From Octopus sinensis (lineage: Eukaryota), in the NCBI RefSeq assembly GCF_006345805.1, contig NC_043024.1, positions 6,882,001-6,946,000 on the forward strand: 64,000 nt of DNA, in the 5' to 3' direction. Each line of letters opens with the position of its first letter. Positions within the stretch are counted from its first letter, which is position 1. The notes below the pieces were generated by a model. The model had not been told where the DNA came from. It made no database searches and saw only the letters and a program-made list of their open reading frames with translations. A program made the position numbers and the translations under genes. Below are positions 26,940 through 41,173 of the stretch, one piece after another.

Positions 26940-27277
26940 GGTTACTGCAGCCATGCTGGAGCACAGCCTTAAAGGTTTTTTTTTTTTAGTCAAAGAAATT
27001 GACCCCAGGACTTTGGTTGAATCACTGAGTTATGGGGACATAAACGTATCAACACTGGTTGTCAGGTGGTAATGGAGGGAGGCAGATACAAATACACACA
27101 CGGCACATGACACACACAACACATTATCTTCTCTGTTTCTTTCTACCAAATCCACTCACAAGATTTTGGTCGGCCCAAGACTAGTAGAAACACTTGCCCA
27201 AGGTTCCATGCAGTGAGACTGAACCCGGAACCATGTGGTTGGGAAGCAAGCTTCATACCACACAGCTATGCCAGCGT
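26940..27277 (-). mobile_element. SINE-A copy
   Basis: Aligns to the family pattern. Confidence 0.8.
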
Positions 27278-27982
27278 GCACCTCCCCCATTATATGCAGT
27301 ATAACACCTGTTATAAGCAGTATTAAATCAAAATAGCTATCTATGTATCATATTAAATGTATACACTGTTGATGAGCCAAGTTGCTGTAGTATTTGTTCT
27401 GAGATTTACATCCAATATGGATGTGCCATGTTAAAAACAAAATATCAGGTGGAGGTGAAAATTAATTCCAGCAGTGATCTCTGTAATCATATTTCTGCTA
27501 GAAATAATAGGACAATATTCCTCGGTTTTTGATTTAAATAAAAGATTGCTTGAAAAGGAAGTGGTGGATGAAACTAGGTAGCTAAGGCTGGAATGCCTTT
27601 AATCCTGAGTGTATCAGATCAAGACTCACCTGTGGTTTAACAAACCTATTTATTGAAATTCCATCTCTTAAATTTTAAATCTAAAGTGGTTTGTACTTGT
27701 AGAGGGTCTGATGTTTGGATAAGCCCCCTCCCTCCCAACAGATATATAGGATCTTTTATTCCTATAACTACCTCCTTTATAAATAAAGGGGCTTTCACTT
27801 TAATAGCTTTTAAGAATTAGACTCAAAAGATAAAGGGCTTTTTCCTCCCCTTTTTTGGTTTGTGAAAGAAACTAGTGTTTCATCTTGTGCCAGGGTGTTG
27901 TCGAAGAATGTACCGAATGCACCCCTCTTGCATACAGACAAACAACCCCACTCAATCGGTCCAACACAAACACTCTGTGTGT

Positions 27983-28017
<35 letters not shown>

Positions 28018-28704
28018 TTCGTTCTCTGCTCTCAATTAGTTTAAAAAAATTTACAACCAGAAAGGTGAATAGTTTGTTTGTATTTCTCAACCTTCAAACG
28101 GAAACTTTCTCTCTCTCTCGTGTCTTAAGGAATCAATCTGTCTTTCTTCAACTGGGGGGTTGCAGGTGAGGCGAATCATGCCATGACTCGTGTTTGTTCA
28201 GTCTCATCCTCACTCTCTATCGCTAATCTGTTACCAAGCAGTATTTTTTTTTTCTTTATCTATGATAATTTTTTTTCTTTTTTCTTTTCTTTTACCCCAA
28301 CGGGACACATGAGTATGCAATTCAAGTAACAAATTCCCGGTCAGTCTTGACGATAAGCAATAAGCATTCTGCTCATTTGAACAAAAGAATTCCGACTTGT
28401 GCCAGTGGCTGAGTACTCCACAGACACTTGTACTTTTAAATGTAATTTTTATCGCTGAACCACCATGACACTGTGTGAGAGAGAGATAAGACTGGACTGA
28501 GAAGTACAATCCAGAGTGAGACGGGGGTAATCAACTAAAAACAGATTTAGCGACCCTTAAAGAGGAGATAAATTTGACTTGGTGGGGTAGGGATTCTAAC
28601 TCAGTGTATGGAACCCTGGAATGAATGTGACAAAGCTCTATTCGTTGTTGTAGCAATTATGCCCCCACCTCCAATCCTCAATATTATGAGGGAAGCTGCT
28701 AAAT

Positions 28705-28938
28705 CAGTGGGTCTCAACTGGGGACCACATGGGCCTTGAGGGTCTGTATAAGATCTTTTAAAATTTATGAGTAATAAAGGATAAATTGCTTATCCTTTCT
28801 ACAGCACACCAAATATTTTAATATTTTTTTGTTTTGACATATTTCTTAATATTCAATGATAAAAATATACTAGGATGTTTTGAACATAGAATGGCTACAA
28901 GGGTCCACAGATGGGGAAGAAGTGGTTGTAAACCACTC
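28705..28938. mobile_element. hAT MITE, family H2
   Basis: TIR cagtgggtctcaac / gttgtaaaccactc. TSD tgctaaat / tgccaaat (7/8). Confidence 0.8.
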
Positions 28939-29014
28939 TGCCAAATGGTTGCTTCACCTTCAAGTAATATATCAAACTGCTCCTAAATCACAACCTACTA
29001 CTTATATATATTTT

Positions 29015-29358
29015 ATTCTTTGACTTGTTTCGGTCATTTGACTGTGGCCATGCTGGAGCACTGTTCCGGGTCAAACAAGTCGATCCCAGAACTTATTCTT
29101 TGTAAGCCTAATACTTATTCTATCAGTCTCTTTTACCCGAACCGCTAAGTTACAGAGATTTAGACACTAACATCGGTTGGTATGGGGTGGGGGACAAACA
29201 CACGCACACATCTACACTTACACTACGGGATTTTTTCAGTTTTCACCTACCAAATCCAAGGCTATAGCAGAAGACATTTGCTCAAGGTGCCATGCAGTGA
29301 GACTGAACCCAGAACCATGTGGTACATAAGCAAGCTACTTACCACACATCCACTCCTG
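29015..29358 (-). mobile_element. SINE-A copy
   Basis: Aligns to the family pattern. Confidence 0.8.
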
Positions 29359-31564
29359 AACTATCTGTGTGTATATATATATATATATATATAAAATGCC
29401 ATTGATCCTTGATCTGGTCTTAAACCCCTTTCAACATTTTAATGGCTTTACTCTTTTTCTCACAGTGATTTTCCTTGTCGAGATATTTTGGCCAGGTGTT
29501 AAGTATTGTGTAGAATCACTGAGCAATGCAGGATACCTGTAGCCAGTCTCACTGAACCCTTGTCATCCTTCAATGCAGTTAAACAGCCAATCCCAACCAG
29601 TCCAGATTCACAGTATTTCTTCTACAATTCATCCTTTCAATCACTAAATGCAAAACGTGACTCATGAGAACCTCCCCCCTCCATTTGAGTGATTTTCCTG
29701 AGCCAACATGTCGCAGGGTGGTGATCCATTTGTAGCTGAGTGGACTGGAACAACATGAAATGAAGTGTTTTGCTCAAGAACACAATGCTCAGCTGGTCTG
29801 GGAATCGAAACCGATTTTGTAATCCTGATGCAACACCCTGACCACTAAGCCACTTGCTTTCACTAACTCTTGTAATCTCACCTCTTTGCTGTAAACCATG
29901 GGGTTTATTTTTACTACTTAGTTGAGGAGGGGTAGGGAACATTCTTGGTCCTCTTTTTTTTTTTTCTTCAAAATTCCTGAAATTGTTAGGGGGGGGGGGG
30001 CAGTTGTCGTGAAACCAGAGAACAAGATTTAAAAGCTTGCAACAGAAGGAACTTTTAGTGGGTGGGAACCAGAGACCATTTAAAAGCTTGCAAATCCAAG
30101 ATTAATGGCTGAAATCTGCTTCCCAGAAACTCGGAATGCAAACAGCTGGAACAGAGACCTGGAGGTGTCTTGTCTGCTGCTTTAACAATTCTACTGATAT
30201 GCTTCCTTGGACTTGTACTTCATTTTATTGATCCTGAAAATATGAGGGGCAAAATTGGCTTTCCTGGGATTTGAAACTGTGCAGGGAGTTGAAATAAATA
30301 CCACAAGGCTTTTTATCCTATGTTCAAGAAATGCAGCTTGTTTACTCCTTGTAGGAGCTTGCTGAGTTTGTTCTGTTTGTAGGCTTTGAAATGTGGAGTG
30401 GGGTCCTGTATGGTTTGATGTAGAAAAAAATGAGCCCCTTCCCCCATTGATTTGTAGAGAGAAATGAGGCTCCTCATTGGTTTGTAGAGAAATGAGCCCC
30501 TTTGGTTTAATATAGTGAAATGAGATCCCTCCCCCTCGGTTTGATGTAGAGAAATGATCCCCTCCCCTCATTGGTTTGAGTCTCCTCTCTCCCCCATTGG
30601 TTTGATACACAGAAATGAGCCCTGTAGGACTCTGTACATCATAAGGAAACCCAGCATAGCCTCAGAAGGTTAAGGAATTTGCTTTCTAGATTAAATCAAG
30701 ATGTTATCTTACATAGCCAGACAACTCACAATATAGAGTAGATACTTACTGGCATTTGTTGTATCTAGCAGAGTTGATGTGACTGGCTGGCTGTGGTGGT
30801 GGTGATGGTAGTGAGTACTTAGCCATCTCATCCACAACGAGGTGAAACAAGATCTCTGAGACTGTACTACCAAGAAACCCAATAAAACTGTGACCAGTTA
30901 TAAATTCACAATCCATGCATAACCTGGTAATTAAATTCCTTTACCCACACCAGCCCCATTCCTCCCTCCTGCCCCCTCCCTCATTTGTCATAGTGATGTA
31001 GTTGTGGGTCACCTTTACAAATAACCCCCCATCTCTATCTCTTCCCCCTTTCAATCACTAGAAAGTTCTTTTCTTTTTCCTTTCTTCTCCTTAAGTGAAA
31101 TTCTTAATTACAAAGTCGGTCAACAAAGTGATTGTTACAATGGTGTATGATATTAAATGTATGTAGAAGGCAGTGGGGTGTATACAATAATAACAATGGA
31201 TGTATATTTACCTGATAGTCATTTTACAGCCAAACAAACAGCATATGGCAGAATAGGTAGAATTTTATGGGTTGGCAGAACCGATCAGTTGCTGGAGTTC
31301 AGCACTTTAGAGAAAGATTGTTTAGTATTGCTGAATAAATAGAATTATGAATAGCGTCCTTGCTGGAGATTTTTGTTTAAACAAATTTAATGGGGGCAAA
31401 TGTTAGTCACTGTTACTAAGTGTTTAAAACAATAGTTCTGTGACCATTTTTTACCTATGGAACTCTTTGATCCCTGTTATACTCAGATGGACCCTCCTTG
31501 CCATTTGATATTTAAAAAAAAAAATCTCTAATTTTTTAGAATTAAATGTTATGAATTATTAGAT

Positions 31565-32228
31565 GTGGGTGTGGCAAGAAGTTTGCTTCCCAACCACATG
31601 GTCCAGGGTTCAGTTCCACTGCTTGGAACCTTGGGCAAGTGTCTTCTACTATAGCCTTGGGCTGATTAAAACCTTGAGTGGATTTGGTAGATGGAAACTG
31701 AAAGAAGCCTGTCATACAGGGTTGTGGATTCACAGTTGGAAATAATTAAGGAGCAGCTGGAGTCAGTCTGTAAAACTATACCGACTCTGATTCCAACTCA
31801 CAATCTCTATATTCTTTAGTCTAAACCAGTTATAATATATAAGCCTACTCAAAGTACAAGTGTATGCATGTGCTTTAAGAGATATGGAGACTGCAGTCAC
31901 TTGATTACATAAAGAGGAGTCAGTCAGCGGTGCCAATAGTATAGGAGTCAGTTTCTTGTTTAGACTCCACAGCTCTGCCGTCACACACACACACACACAC
32001 ACACACCTATATAGATATGTGTGTGTATCTTTGTCAATACCATCACTGCTTGACAACCCGTGCTGAGTTGGTGTGTTTGCATCCTGTAACTTAGCGGTTC
32101 AGCAAAAGAGACAGAACAAGTACCAGGCTTTAAAAAAATAAGCACTGGGGTCGATACATTAGGCTAAAGAATTCTTTAAGGCAGTGCTCCAGCATGGCCA
32201 GTCTAATGACAGAAACAAGTAAAAGATA
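31565..32228 (+). mobile_element. SINE-A (sense) with about 250-bp insert in the microsatellite hinge
   Basis: Head 31565-31725, tail about 31985-32228. Confidence 0.75.
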
Positions 32229-32237
32229 CTCTTTTCT

Positions 32238-32610
32238 CTTTTTACTTGTTTCAGTCATGTGACTGGCCATACTGGAGCACCACATTTAGTCAAGCAAATC
32301 GACCCCAGGACTTATTCTTTGTAAGCCTAGTACTTGTTCTATCGATCCTTTTTGCCGAACTGCTAAGTTATGGGGACGCAAACACACCAACATCGGTTGT
32401 CAAGCAATGTTGGGGGACAAACACAGACACACACACACACATATACATATATACGACGGTTTCAGTTTCCGTCTACCAAATCCACTGACAAGGCTTTAGT
32501 CGGCCTGAAGCTATAGAAGACACTTGCCCAAGGTGCCATGCAGTGGGACTGATACCCAGAACCATGTGGTTCGTAAGCAAGCTACTTACCACACAGCCGC
32601 TCCTATGCCT
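32238..32610 (-). mobile_element. SINE-A full-length copy, tail-to-tail with the previous copy
   Basis: ttttacttgtttcagtc...accacacagccgctcctatgcct. Confidence 0.85.
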
Positions 32611-33371
32611 ATAAAAGATAATTTTATAAAAAAATTTATGTATTGTAGAAATACAACCAACTTACTGCACTTAAATTTTGACTACAAAATCTTACCGGGA
32701 CCCCTAAGGGCCATGTGTAAAGTATATATATATGACGAATAACACAAGATGGTAGGAGGAGGGAGACTTGTCTATTTCCAGCAGGTTGCACAACAGTAGC
32801 AAGCTCCCTCACTGATGTAGAAATGTGTAATAAATTTCTTCCATTAATTATTCTCTTCATTATTAGATTTGTCATGTAGCTGAAGACGGTTTTTTTTTAT
32901 TAATTTTCCTTCTGACCACATTCTTGTTTCCATTTCTCCCGTTTTTAGCCAGTAATGCCCAGCAGCTATAGGGGTTCTGTCACAACGTATGTTTTGGGGT
33001 TTCCTTCTCACATGGAGACATCTGATTACTTCTAGAGAAAGAAAGAGTTAGGGGGAAAAAAAGGGGGAAATTAATCCAGTATTTGCTATATGAATACCAA
33101 AAGAATGAAAAACCCAGTTAATTTTTATGAGATTTGAATTAAGTGTAAAAACCATACCAAACACTGCATCCTGTGGCACCCTGCCAAGTCTGCCAGTCCC
33201 TGCCTCTCATCGTATGATGATCTGCTGAGTTCTCTATTCATTGTCTGATTACTGATATGGAAAAAAAAAGAATCCTGTTAATTACCTTCCTTATTAGCAG
33301 CTGATGTTTATCAGGATAAAAGCATGAAGAGGTGCTGAAAGGCCCCAAACAACTTGCACCACAAAATGATT

Positions 33372-33584
33372 TTAATCCTTTAGCATTCAGATTACCCTGT
33401 CAAATGTAATGCTTATATATTCACATCGTTTTAAATTAATCCTGCATTATTTCATAATTTTGAGATTTCGTTGATGTAAAGGTTTATTTGTAAAATGACA
33501 CTGTAGAGTAGGTGTGAAAGGCCAGATGCGGCCAGGTTGAATTTTTGGGGTTGGATACAGTTGGTTTAAATATGAAAGGATTAA
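33372..33584. mobile_element. piggyBac-type MITE P1
   Basis: TTAAtcctttagcattcaga...tatgaaaggaTTAA. Confidence 0.8.
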
Positions 33585-33701
33585 ATTCTGAAAAAGAATT
33601 CATCCTGTCTGTTTTTCTGTGCTGGCATGGGTCATGTCGGTGGTTCCAACCAGATTCTTATGATTCATTGGGGCCCATGTAAGATTTTGTTAAAATTTAT
33701 C

Positions 33702-33888
33702 AGGCACAGGTGTGGCTTTGTGGTAAGAAATTTGCTTCCCAACCACATGGTTCTAGGTTCAGTCCTACTGTGTGGCACCTTGGGCAAGTGTCTTCTGCTA
33801 TAGTCTTGGGCCAAGACTCGTGAGTGGATTTGGTGGACAGAAACTGAAAGAAGCCTGTTGCGTGTGTGTGTGTGTATTTATATATATA

Positions 33889-33954
<66 letters not shown>

Positions 33955-34152
33955 TTATGTGTGTGTTTGTCCCCCCCAACATCGCTTGACAACCGATGTT
34001 GGTGTGTCTACATCCCCATAACTTAGCGGTTTGGCAAAAGAACTGATAAAATAAGTACTAGGCTTAGAAAAAATAAGTGCTGGGGGCGAATTCTTTGACT
34101 AAAGGTGGTGCTCCAGCATAGCCACTGTCAAATGACTGAAACAAGTAAGAGT
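33702..34152 (+). mobile_element. SINE-A full-length (sense) with long (TA)n hinge
   Basis: caggcacaggtgtggctttgtggtaag...tgactgaaacaagtaagag. Confidence 0.85.
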
Positions 34153-34489
34153 TATGAATTGGTTATACTTCTGATACACAGAATATTTAAATTATTTTTT
34201 ATAGAATTCTTAATACTTAATAATAAAAATTTAATCTTTTTTTTTTTTAATATTTAATATCTAGGAGGGTCCACCAGTGTAAATAAATGGGGTCCATTGA
34301 TACACTGGGTTAGATATGTTGTTGAGGCACTGTTTTACAGCAGGATGCTCTTCCTGATGCTAACCCTAAGCTGTTCAGCTTCAAAACCAGAAAACTAACA
34401 GGGGATTTATTTTGTTTGACAGGAATATATCGACAGAACCCCACAAACAGCATGACTTTTGAATATGCAACTGGCTAATGTAAACTGTG

Positions 34490-34828
34490 TGTGCATGGCT
34501 GTGTGCTAAGAAACAACATGGCTCTGGGTTCAGTCCCACTGCGTGGCACCTTGGTCAAGTGTCTTTTACTATAGCCTCGCGTTGACCAGTGCCTTGTGAG
34601 TGGATTAGTTAGATGGAAACTGAAAGAAGCCTGCTGTGTGTTTGTGTGTCCACCATTGCTTGAGAACTGATGTTGGTGTGTTTATGTCCCCATAACTTAG
34701 TGGTTCGGCAAAAGAGACTGATAGAATAAGAACTAGGCTTACAAAGGATAAGTCCTGGGGTCGCTTTGTTCAACTAAATAGGTGGTGCCCCAGCATGGCC
34801 GCTGTGAAATGACTGAAATAAATAAAAG
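34490..34828 (+). mobile_element. SINE-A (sense)
   Basis: Head and tail type 1 are both present. Confidence 0.8.
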
Positions 34829-36068
34829 CAAATGCAGTTGGAAACTGAAAGATCATTCTATCTGTTTGTACCTCCTTGTGACATCATGTGACTTTGTGAA
34901 CGAGCATCAACCTCACACAAGTGGCGCCATCTGTTGACCGTCTTCTGGGTGACAGGGAAATGTTACTGTTCTTGCATATGAGGGTTGGCAGCAGGAAGGG
35001 AATTTTGGCCATAGAAAATCTGCCTCAACAATTGTCATGTGACCTCTGCAAGCATGAGTGGACATTAAAACCATGATGATTCATATTTCTATTTTGAACT
35101 GTTTTTTAATTTTTTTTTATTTTGCCATATCATCCCAGATAATAACCAATGTCCTTGTGAGAGTGACATGGTCAGCACATGCTATTTGCTAATTATTATA
35201 ACTAATTACATTCTATAGCTGATTAGATAATTTGTAACGTCTATACTATAGAACGACAGGGAAGAAATGGCTGTGAGATCTTTCTCAAATTACACATTTT
35301 ATGTTCCTGAAAGGTTAAGTTCTCTATTGTATCATTCTTTGTTTATCCATAAACACTGTTAGAATCCAAAGCAAGGCCATGGTATTTTTTATTGTACTGA
35401 TGTGGGGGGCTAAACAACAAAGCATTTGTGAACAAAAGACATCCATTTGTGGATATTTCTTCAGACCATTTCAGAACTTGTCCAGTTGGTTGAAATGAAG
35501 CCATAATGTGGCTTTTAGATATAAATATTTGTGAGTGTTTACTCAATGGTCTGTACCTGAGTTACTCAAAAATGAATGGTCACTGGTGCTTATGTATTTT
35601 TCATCATATTCTACTGAACACTTAGATATTATTTATTGGGATATATACATCCTCTGTGTTTATATTCAGTCCTAAAATATTCATAATTCTCTGGTAAAAG
35701 TTACACATTTTTATCATTATCCTTTCCATTTCTCCCCTTGGGCATCTTCTCAGTTCTGTTGTTAAAGGTCATCATTTAACATCCATTTTCTATGCTGGCA
35801 TGGGTTGGATCGTTTGACAGGATCTGCCGAGTCACAGGGTGGTGTTGAGCTCCTGTTCCATCTTTGGCACAGTTTCTATGACTGGATGCCATTCCCAATG
35901 CCGACCACATCACACGGTGTACTGGCTGCTTTTATTATGCCACTAGCACTGGTGAGGCTACCAAGCAGCCGGAAAGAGCAGCAAAAGATTGGCTTCGGTC
36001 CCTATAACTTCTTAGTTCATCACAAAATAATTTTAAGAATTGGACCCATAAGGATATCCAGGAACAAT

Positions 36069-36261
36069 TTAACCCTTTAGCATGCAGATTATTCTGTCAA
36101 ATGTAATGCTTGTTTATTAAAATTGTTGAGGTTTAGATGATGTGATTATTGTTACAATGTCAGTGTAGGTTAGGTGTGAAAGGCTTGATATGGCCAGATG
36201 GAATGTAAAATATGTGGAACATTTGGGCTGGACATAGCCAGTTTAAATGCTAAAGGGTCAA
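36069..36261. mobile_element. piggyBac-type MITE P1
   Basis: TTAACCCTTTAGCAT...aatgctaaagggtcaa. Confidence 0.8.
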
Positions 36262-37270
36262 AGGTATTTTTTTCTTCTCCATGTTTCAAAAGATAATTTG
36301 TTCTGTGACAGTTTCCCGATGTTTGATGTGTTAGAAACCTGCAATCTTTAGTCAAAGCTCAAAGATGGCAAAACTAAGAATGTTTGTGAACCTCTTTGCC
36401 AAGAATTATTTCTGCTTTGCCAAGAACGACATTTTTGAAATTGTTACAAAGAAAATGTTTTCATATTAAACATATAGAATCCTTTTTCTTTACTGGTTTT
36501 GATCGTGGCCTTGCTGGAGCACTGCTTTGGATGTTTTGGTTAAGCAAATCAACCTCAGAACTGGGTTTTTTAAGAGTGGTACCGTTTGCGGAACTGGTTA
36601 AGTTGCAGGGACATAAACAAACCAACACCAGTTGACAAGCAGTGGAAGGATAGACATACCTGCATACACACAATAACACAACTGGCTTCCACACAGTTTC
36701 CGTCTACCATATTAACTAGTAGGGCATTGATTAGCCTGGATCTATAGAAGACAATTGCTCAAGGTGAAACCATTTGCCAAGAATTTTTCAGATTCTTTTT
36801 CAAAAAATTGACCCCCAATGAAGTTGTCTGGTTCCAGAATGTTCCCTGGTATCTTGTTAATGTGTAGTCACAGTCTCCTCTTCAATGGAGGAGACGCTTT
36901 TGTACACATAAAATGCTTCCTTGGACAGTTTTTTTGTTTTGCTTTCTTGATTTATAGCAATTCTGTTGGTGTCTGTCTGTTTGTCCCTGCCTGACATGGC
37001 AGTCCTGACTAAGAATTAATCAGATTACGATGGAGAGAAGTTATTTGCATTATGATTAATAAAAATGGAAGCAAATCTTCGCTTTTTTTATCTTGTCCTG
37101 GAATTTATTTATTTTTTTTTTTGGTCTTTATACTTGCACAAATCTAGATTTCTAATTATATTTTAGGCTAGAACTGTTACCATAGCAACTCTATGCTTAG
37201 CTACAACTTTGGTTTTGGTAAGGATTGCTAAGTTATAACATGGTAGTGTTGAATTGATTAAATTCCTACT

Positions 37271-37366
37271 TACTCTATAGAAAACAAGACACTTGGTAAT
37301 TGTTAAATTATGAACCCTTACTCTGTAGAAAACAAGACACTTGCTAATTGTTAAATTATGAACCCT
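37271..37366. repeat. 48-bp perfect-phase tandem duplication (2 mismatches)
   Basis: tactct(a/g)tagaaaacaagacacttg(g/c)taattgttaaattatgaaccct x2. Confidence 0.95.
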
Positions 37367-38359
37367 AATTATTTACCTAGGTGGGTTTACAAGATCATTA
37401 TTAATACTGGGTAGTCATTACGCTTTCTTTACTCATTTGCTAACCTTATTGAAAGACTAGACACAAGTTTCAAGAGAACTCTTTTGTCCATTTGAGGAGA
37501 TGGCAACCCCTCTTATGCTGGTGCCATTGTTGGGAAGCAAACTTCTTATCACACTGTCACAGGAAGTTTGTATCATAGAATCAAAGGTGGTCTTAGGCAG
37601 GTTGGCATCAAGGGTTAAAACCAAAACTGCAAGCTAGCAAAAGCCAATTATTCAGTACTTTTTGATGCCTGCTGCTGTCCCCATTTTCAAAACCTTTAGG
37701 GAATTTATTGGATGTATGTTTTGGCTGAAATAAGGTATTTGACACCTGCACATGATTCTGGAGTTCAAGTCCATTATTGGCACTTTGGTCCTGGGTAGAA
37801 CCTTGCTCTATTCTTTACTGCCTTTGTCTGCCTTGGTCTACCTCAATGTTCGGTATTGATTGCAGTAGACATCTGAAAAATATTTACCACGGTATAAAGA
37901 TTTCCCATGCTGTGATTTGAACCCTGTTGGTGGTAGATGATAGCTATAAATCATTTGGCAATGTCAGCCCATAATACAGTCAATTTCCTGGGTTATTCTC
38001 TCAACAGGTCTTGTAGTAGGCTCCATTTTGACTTCTGATAACGAGAGATACAGACAGATGTGGGTATGAATGTATTTTATAAAGCGTATTGAACACCAGG
38101 TAAGGATTGAACCAGTGTATCATCTTTAACTCGGTGACCTGCTCCACCATGAAACTCCTTTAAATACTCAAATATTCTCATCCTCTATTTTTCCCTGTTG
38201 GTATATTTTGGATGGGTATGTCTTATGGAATATTAGTGCTTGTTGCTATTCTTTGATATCCAACATCTGACTTTGCCATATATTTTTATCCTTTGTCTTG
38301 GTCTTCCATGCATGACCACCACTAAAAATATACCCTTTTTTTTTGGTTACTATAATTGT

Positions 38360-38500
38360 TATAGCAGTAGAGAACATGGTTGTGGACCAGTAGTTGGGGT
38401 TTACCAACAGGATTGGAGTGCACCTGTAAGGGACTTGTGTTAAGTTGAATGACTTTTCTTTGGATTCAATCCAAGATGTTGGCATTACCTTTAATTTTCT
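38360..38500 (-). mobile_element. Degenerate CR1/L2-group LINE ORF2 fragment (post-RT)
   Basis: ILD*IQRKVIQL...QLLVHNHVLYCYNN resembles LDRIQ.RA.RLI...LQ.L.HRR.VASL.LFYRYYNG. It may extend to about 39050. Confidence 0.45.
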
Positions 38501-41173
38501 GCCATGACAGTTGGGTTTCTAACAAATAACTGTCCCTTATCTTTTTAGGCTTTGTTTTAAATCTAGAAAAAGTGGCAGTGCCTGTGACCCCTTGTATCTC
38601 TCTCTGGGTGTGTTATGTGATTGATGCTGTTAATATTCCACTTTGAGCACTGCAAGTCAATACCTGTGGGTATGAGTCTGGAGGGGATTTCTGAAGGCAG
38701 ATGTTCTGGTGGTATCAGTGGTTAATGGTACCTGTTTGGTTGGATACAATCTAAGTAATTAGAAGAGGAGAGATTGGTATGTCGAGAGTGCTTGAGCGAA
38801 AGCAATATGAGACTAGCTAGGCCTCGGGATTAGAAGCCATTGTTATAACAGCAGAGGAAAAAACATGTTTGTTGTCCAGATGCCAGAGTAGGTTTATGGG
38901 GATTCATTTGTTGGGGCTGGTGTCTGTTTGTGAGGAGACTTTGATCTGTCAATTGACCCTTTCTTGGATTATGCAATACCTTTCAATGTCCAACAGAGTG
39001 TGCTTGCCTCATTTTTCTTCATTTGCCACAGATCTTTCATTTATCCATCTCTTGGTAACATACAATAACTATCTTTATTACCTAAGGATCACCTTCCTAC
39101 CTCACTTCTACATCAGCTTTCCTTCAGGTTTATATAACATCAGTGCTTTTGAAGAATTGTGTATGAGTGTGTGTATATGTTTGTGTGTTACCTTGACATC
39201 ACATGAGTGTGTAAATGAGCATCATCATACAAGCTATGCTGTTTCTAGTCTTCCTTGAAAAACATGTCTAGCCGTGGGGAAAGATTACCTTGTATGGAAA
39301 CAGGTGAGGGTTGGTGTGGAAGGAAGGACATCCAGCCATAGAAAATCTACCCTTAATTCCATCTGGTCCGTGCAGGCATGGAAAGTGGGCATTAAATGTG
39401 TAAGTCTAGGTGTGCTAGTGGTTTTTATCTGGAATATAATCAACCATTATACCACCAATCCTTGGTAGTATGGTGGTAAGTATCCTCGTTTGTTATGTGG
39501 GAGGCTGAGGGGGGGGGGCTTTATATTCACCGGCAGTGCTCCAGCATGGCCACAACCTTTGGGCTGAGATGTATAAGAGAATAAAAGATTTACTGAAGTG
39601 GACGAAAACAATGACTTCAAAGAAAGGTAAACCCACTCCCTTAATTACACACCCCTAACAGAGAATATTCCGTATTTGTGTAGAATCAAGGCCATCCTAA
39701 ACATTCCTGGCATTACCAAGGAGTGACTGTGAGGAGTTTGAAGTACCCTGGAACGGGTCAAGTTCTCCTTGAGATAAGACAAGTTTATGCCTGGATTCCA
39801 TGAATCATTGATATTTAGGGCCCAAATCTCACTATTGTTGCATCGTCAAACTCGTTCCATATTTTTCAGATCAATTCCTTTTAGCTCAAAGTTTGCTACA
39901 GAAGCTGTAGTAGTACATAAATTTCTCCTGTCCTCTTCTATATACTGCTATTACTACTACTACAGTCTTTACAGTTTCACTAGCATTAATTGGGTCACTA
40001 AGTAGCAATTAGGGCAGCATTTCTCATGATGGGGAGGATGTTGTGAAGGTTAAAAGTTACTGTTTAGAAAATTGAGATGGTCCCCTTGAAAATTGTCCAA
40101 TCCCATGGCAAAGAAAGAATTAAACAGCAGCAAACTGATGGGATGGTGCCAAAAATATTAAAGTTTTTCTTTTATTTTAAAGAAGCCTGAAATGTCTGAA
40201 CCGCCAGACTCAGTAAACTTCTATTTGTTTGATCGATCTGTTAGAACTAACAGTGAAGTATCCCTAAAATTGGACCCTACTGCCTGAATAAAAAATTGTT
40301 TGATAATGTAGTCTTAAACCTGAAATAGCCGGGACTGTCGTAGTTGGATTGTCTTTACTTGTAACTCAGCTTCATCAGGGTCGACCTAAGGTTAAATAAC
40401 CTCTGAGTGATCTCTGGATTGATAGGACTAAAGCTCCCACCAGCTATATATTTTTTTAATCAGTCATTCGTCATGTCAAGACTTATTGTATTTCAACTTC
40501 TGCTTCCCTGTCACTGCGCCAGAAATTCCACAAAAGTCTGTGGGTGCCCATTGTTTGTACATGCTTAAATATACAACTTAAAAACCTGTTAACCAATTTT
40601 ACGTCACTCCTACTTCTAGGCTTAACTAGAATAATTCCTATGTACTGTCTCCATGTTAACGAGGTGGGTGTCATTCAACACTATCACTGACCTACCCTAC
40701 CCTTCTCTTTGCCTCTCTCTCTCCTTCTCAGTTTGTTACAGCTGAAAGAACATTGAGGGTATAGATTTCCTTGTGTCGGAGGTGTTGAATAAAATAACAC
40801 AACCATTCGTAGGTAGTGACTGGCGTGACAAATATTTGAGTTGAATTTTTAAATGTCAAAAATGTATGTACAGCAATTCCCCCTATTTATGTCCGCATAC
40901 ACATTTACAGGCACAGACAAATTTGCCTGCAGTTGCTGTAACACAGTGTTGGCTAAAAGTTCCCTACAAATATGTCCTACATTATATTGTAGGAGTGAAA
41001 CACTCTTAACTCACTGTTTAATGTGTGTGTGTATACACGCACACACTCTATGTTAAAGGAAAATGGACAACAAAACTAAGGCAGGCTGAGTATCTCTGGT
41101 CATTTAGAATATTTAATTAGAGTATGGTGAAATAGAAGTAATAATTGAACTTCGTTTTTTTTTTTAATTCACC

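Noticed and set aside
33702-33790. tRNA genes
   Set aside because: A/B-box sequences are all SINE heads with mutated stems and attached repeat bodies; no intact cloverleaf seen.
40330-40385. Minus-strand CTGATGA hammerhead
   Set aside because: It is a variant of repeat family F (ccctgatcga...), with no GAAAC or stems.
40483-40674. Possible RTE C-terminal relic (LAQ/DREA)
   Set aside because: Only one short frameshifted motif; insufficient support.
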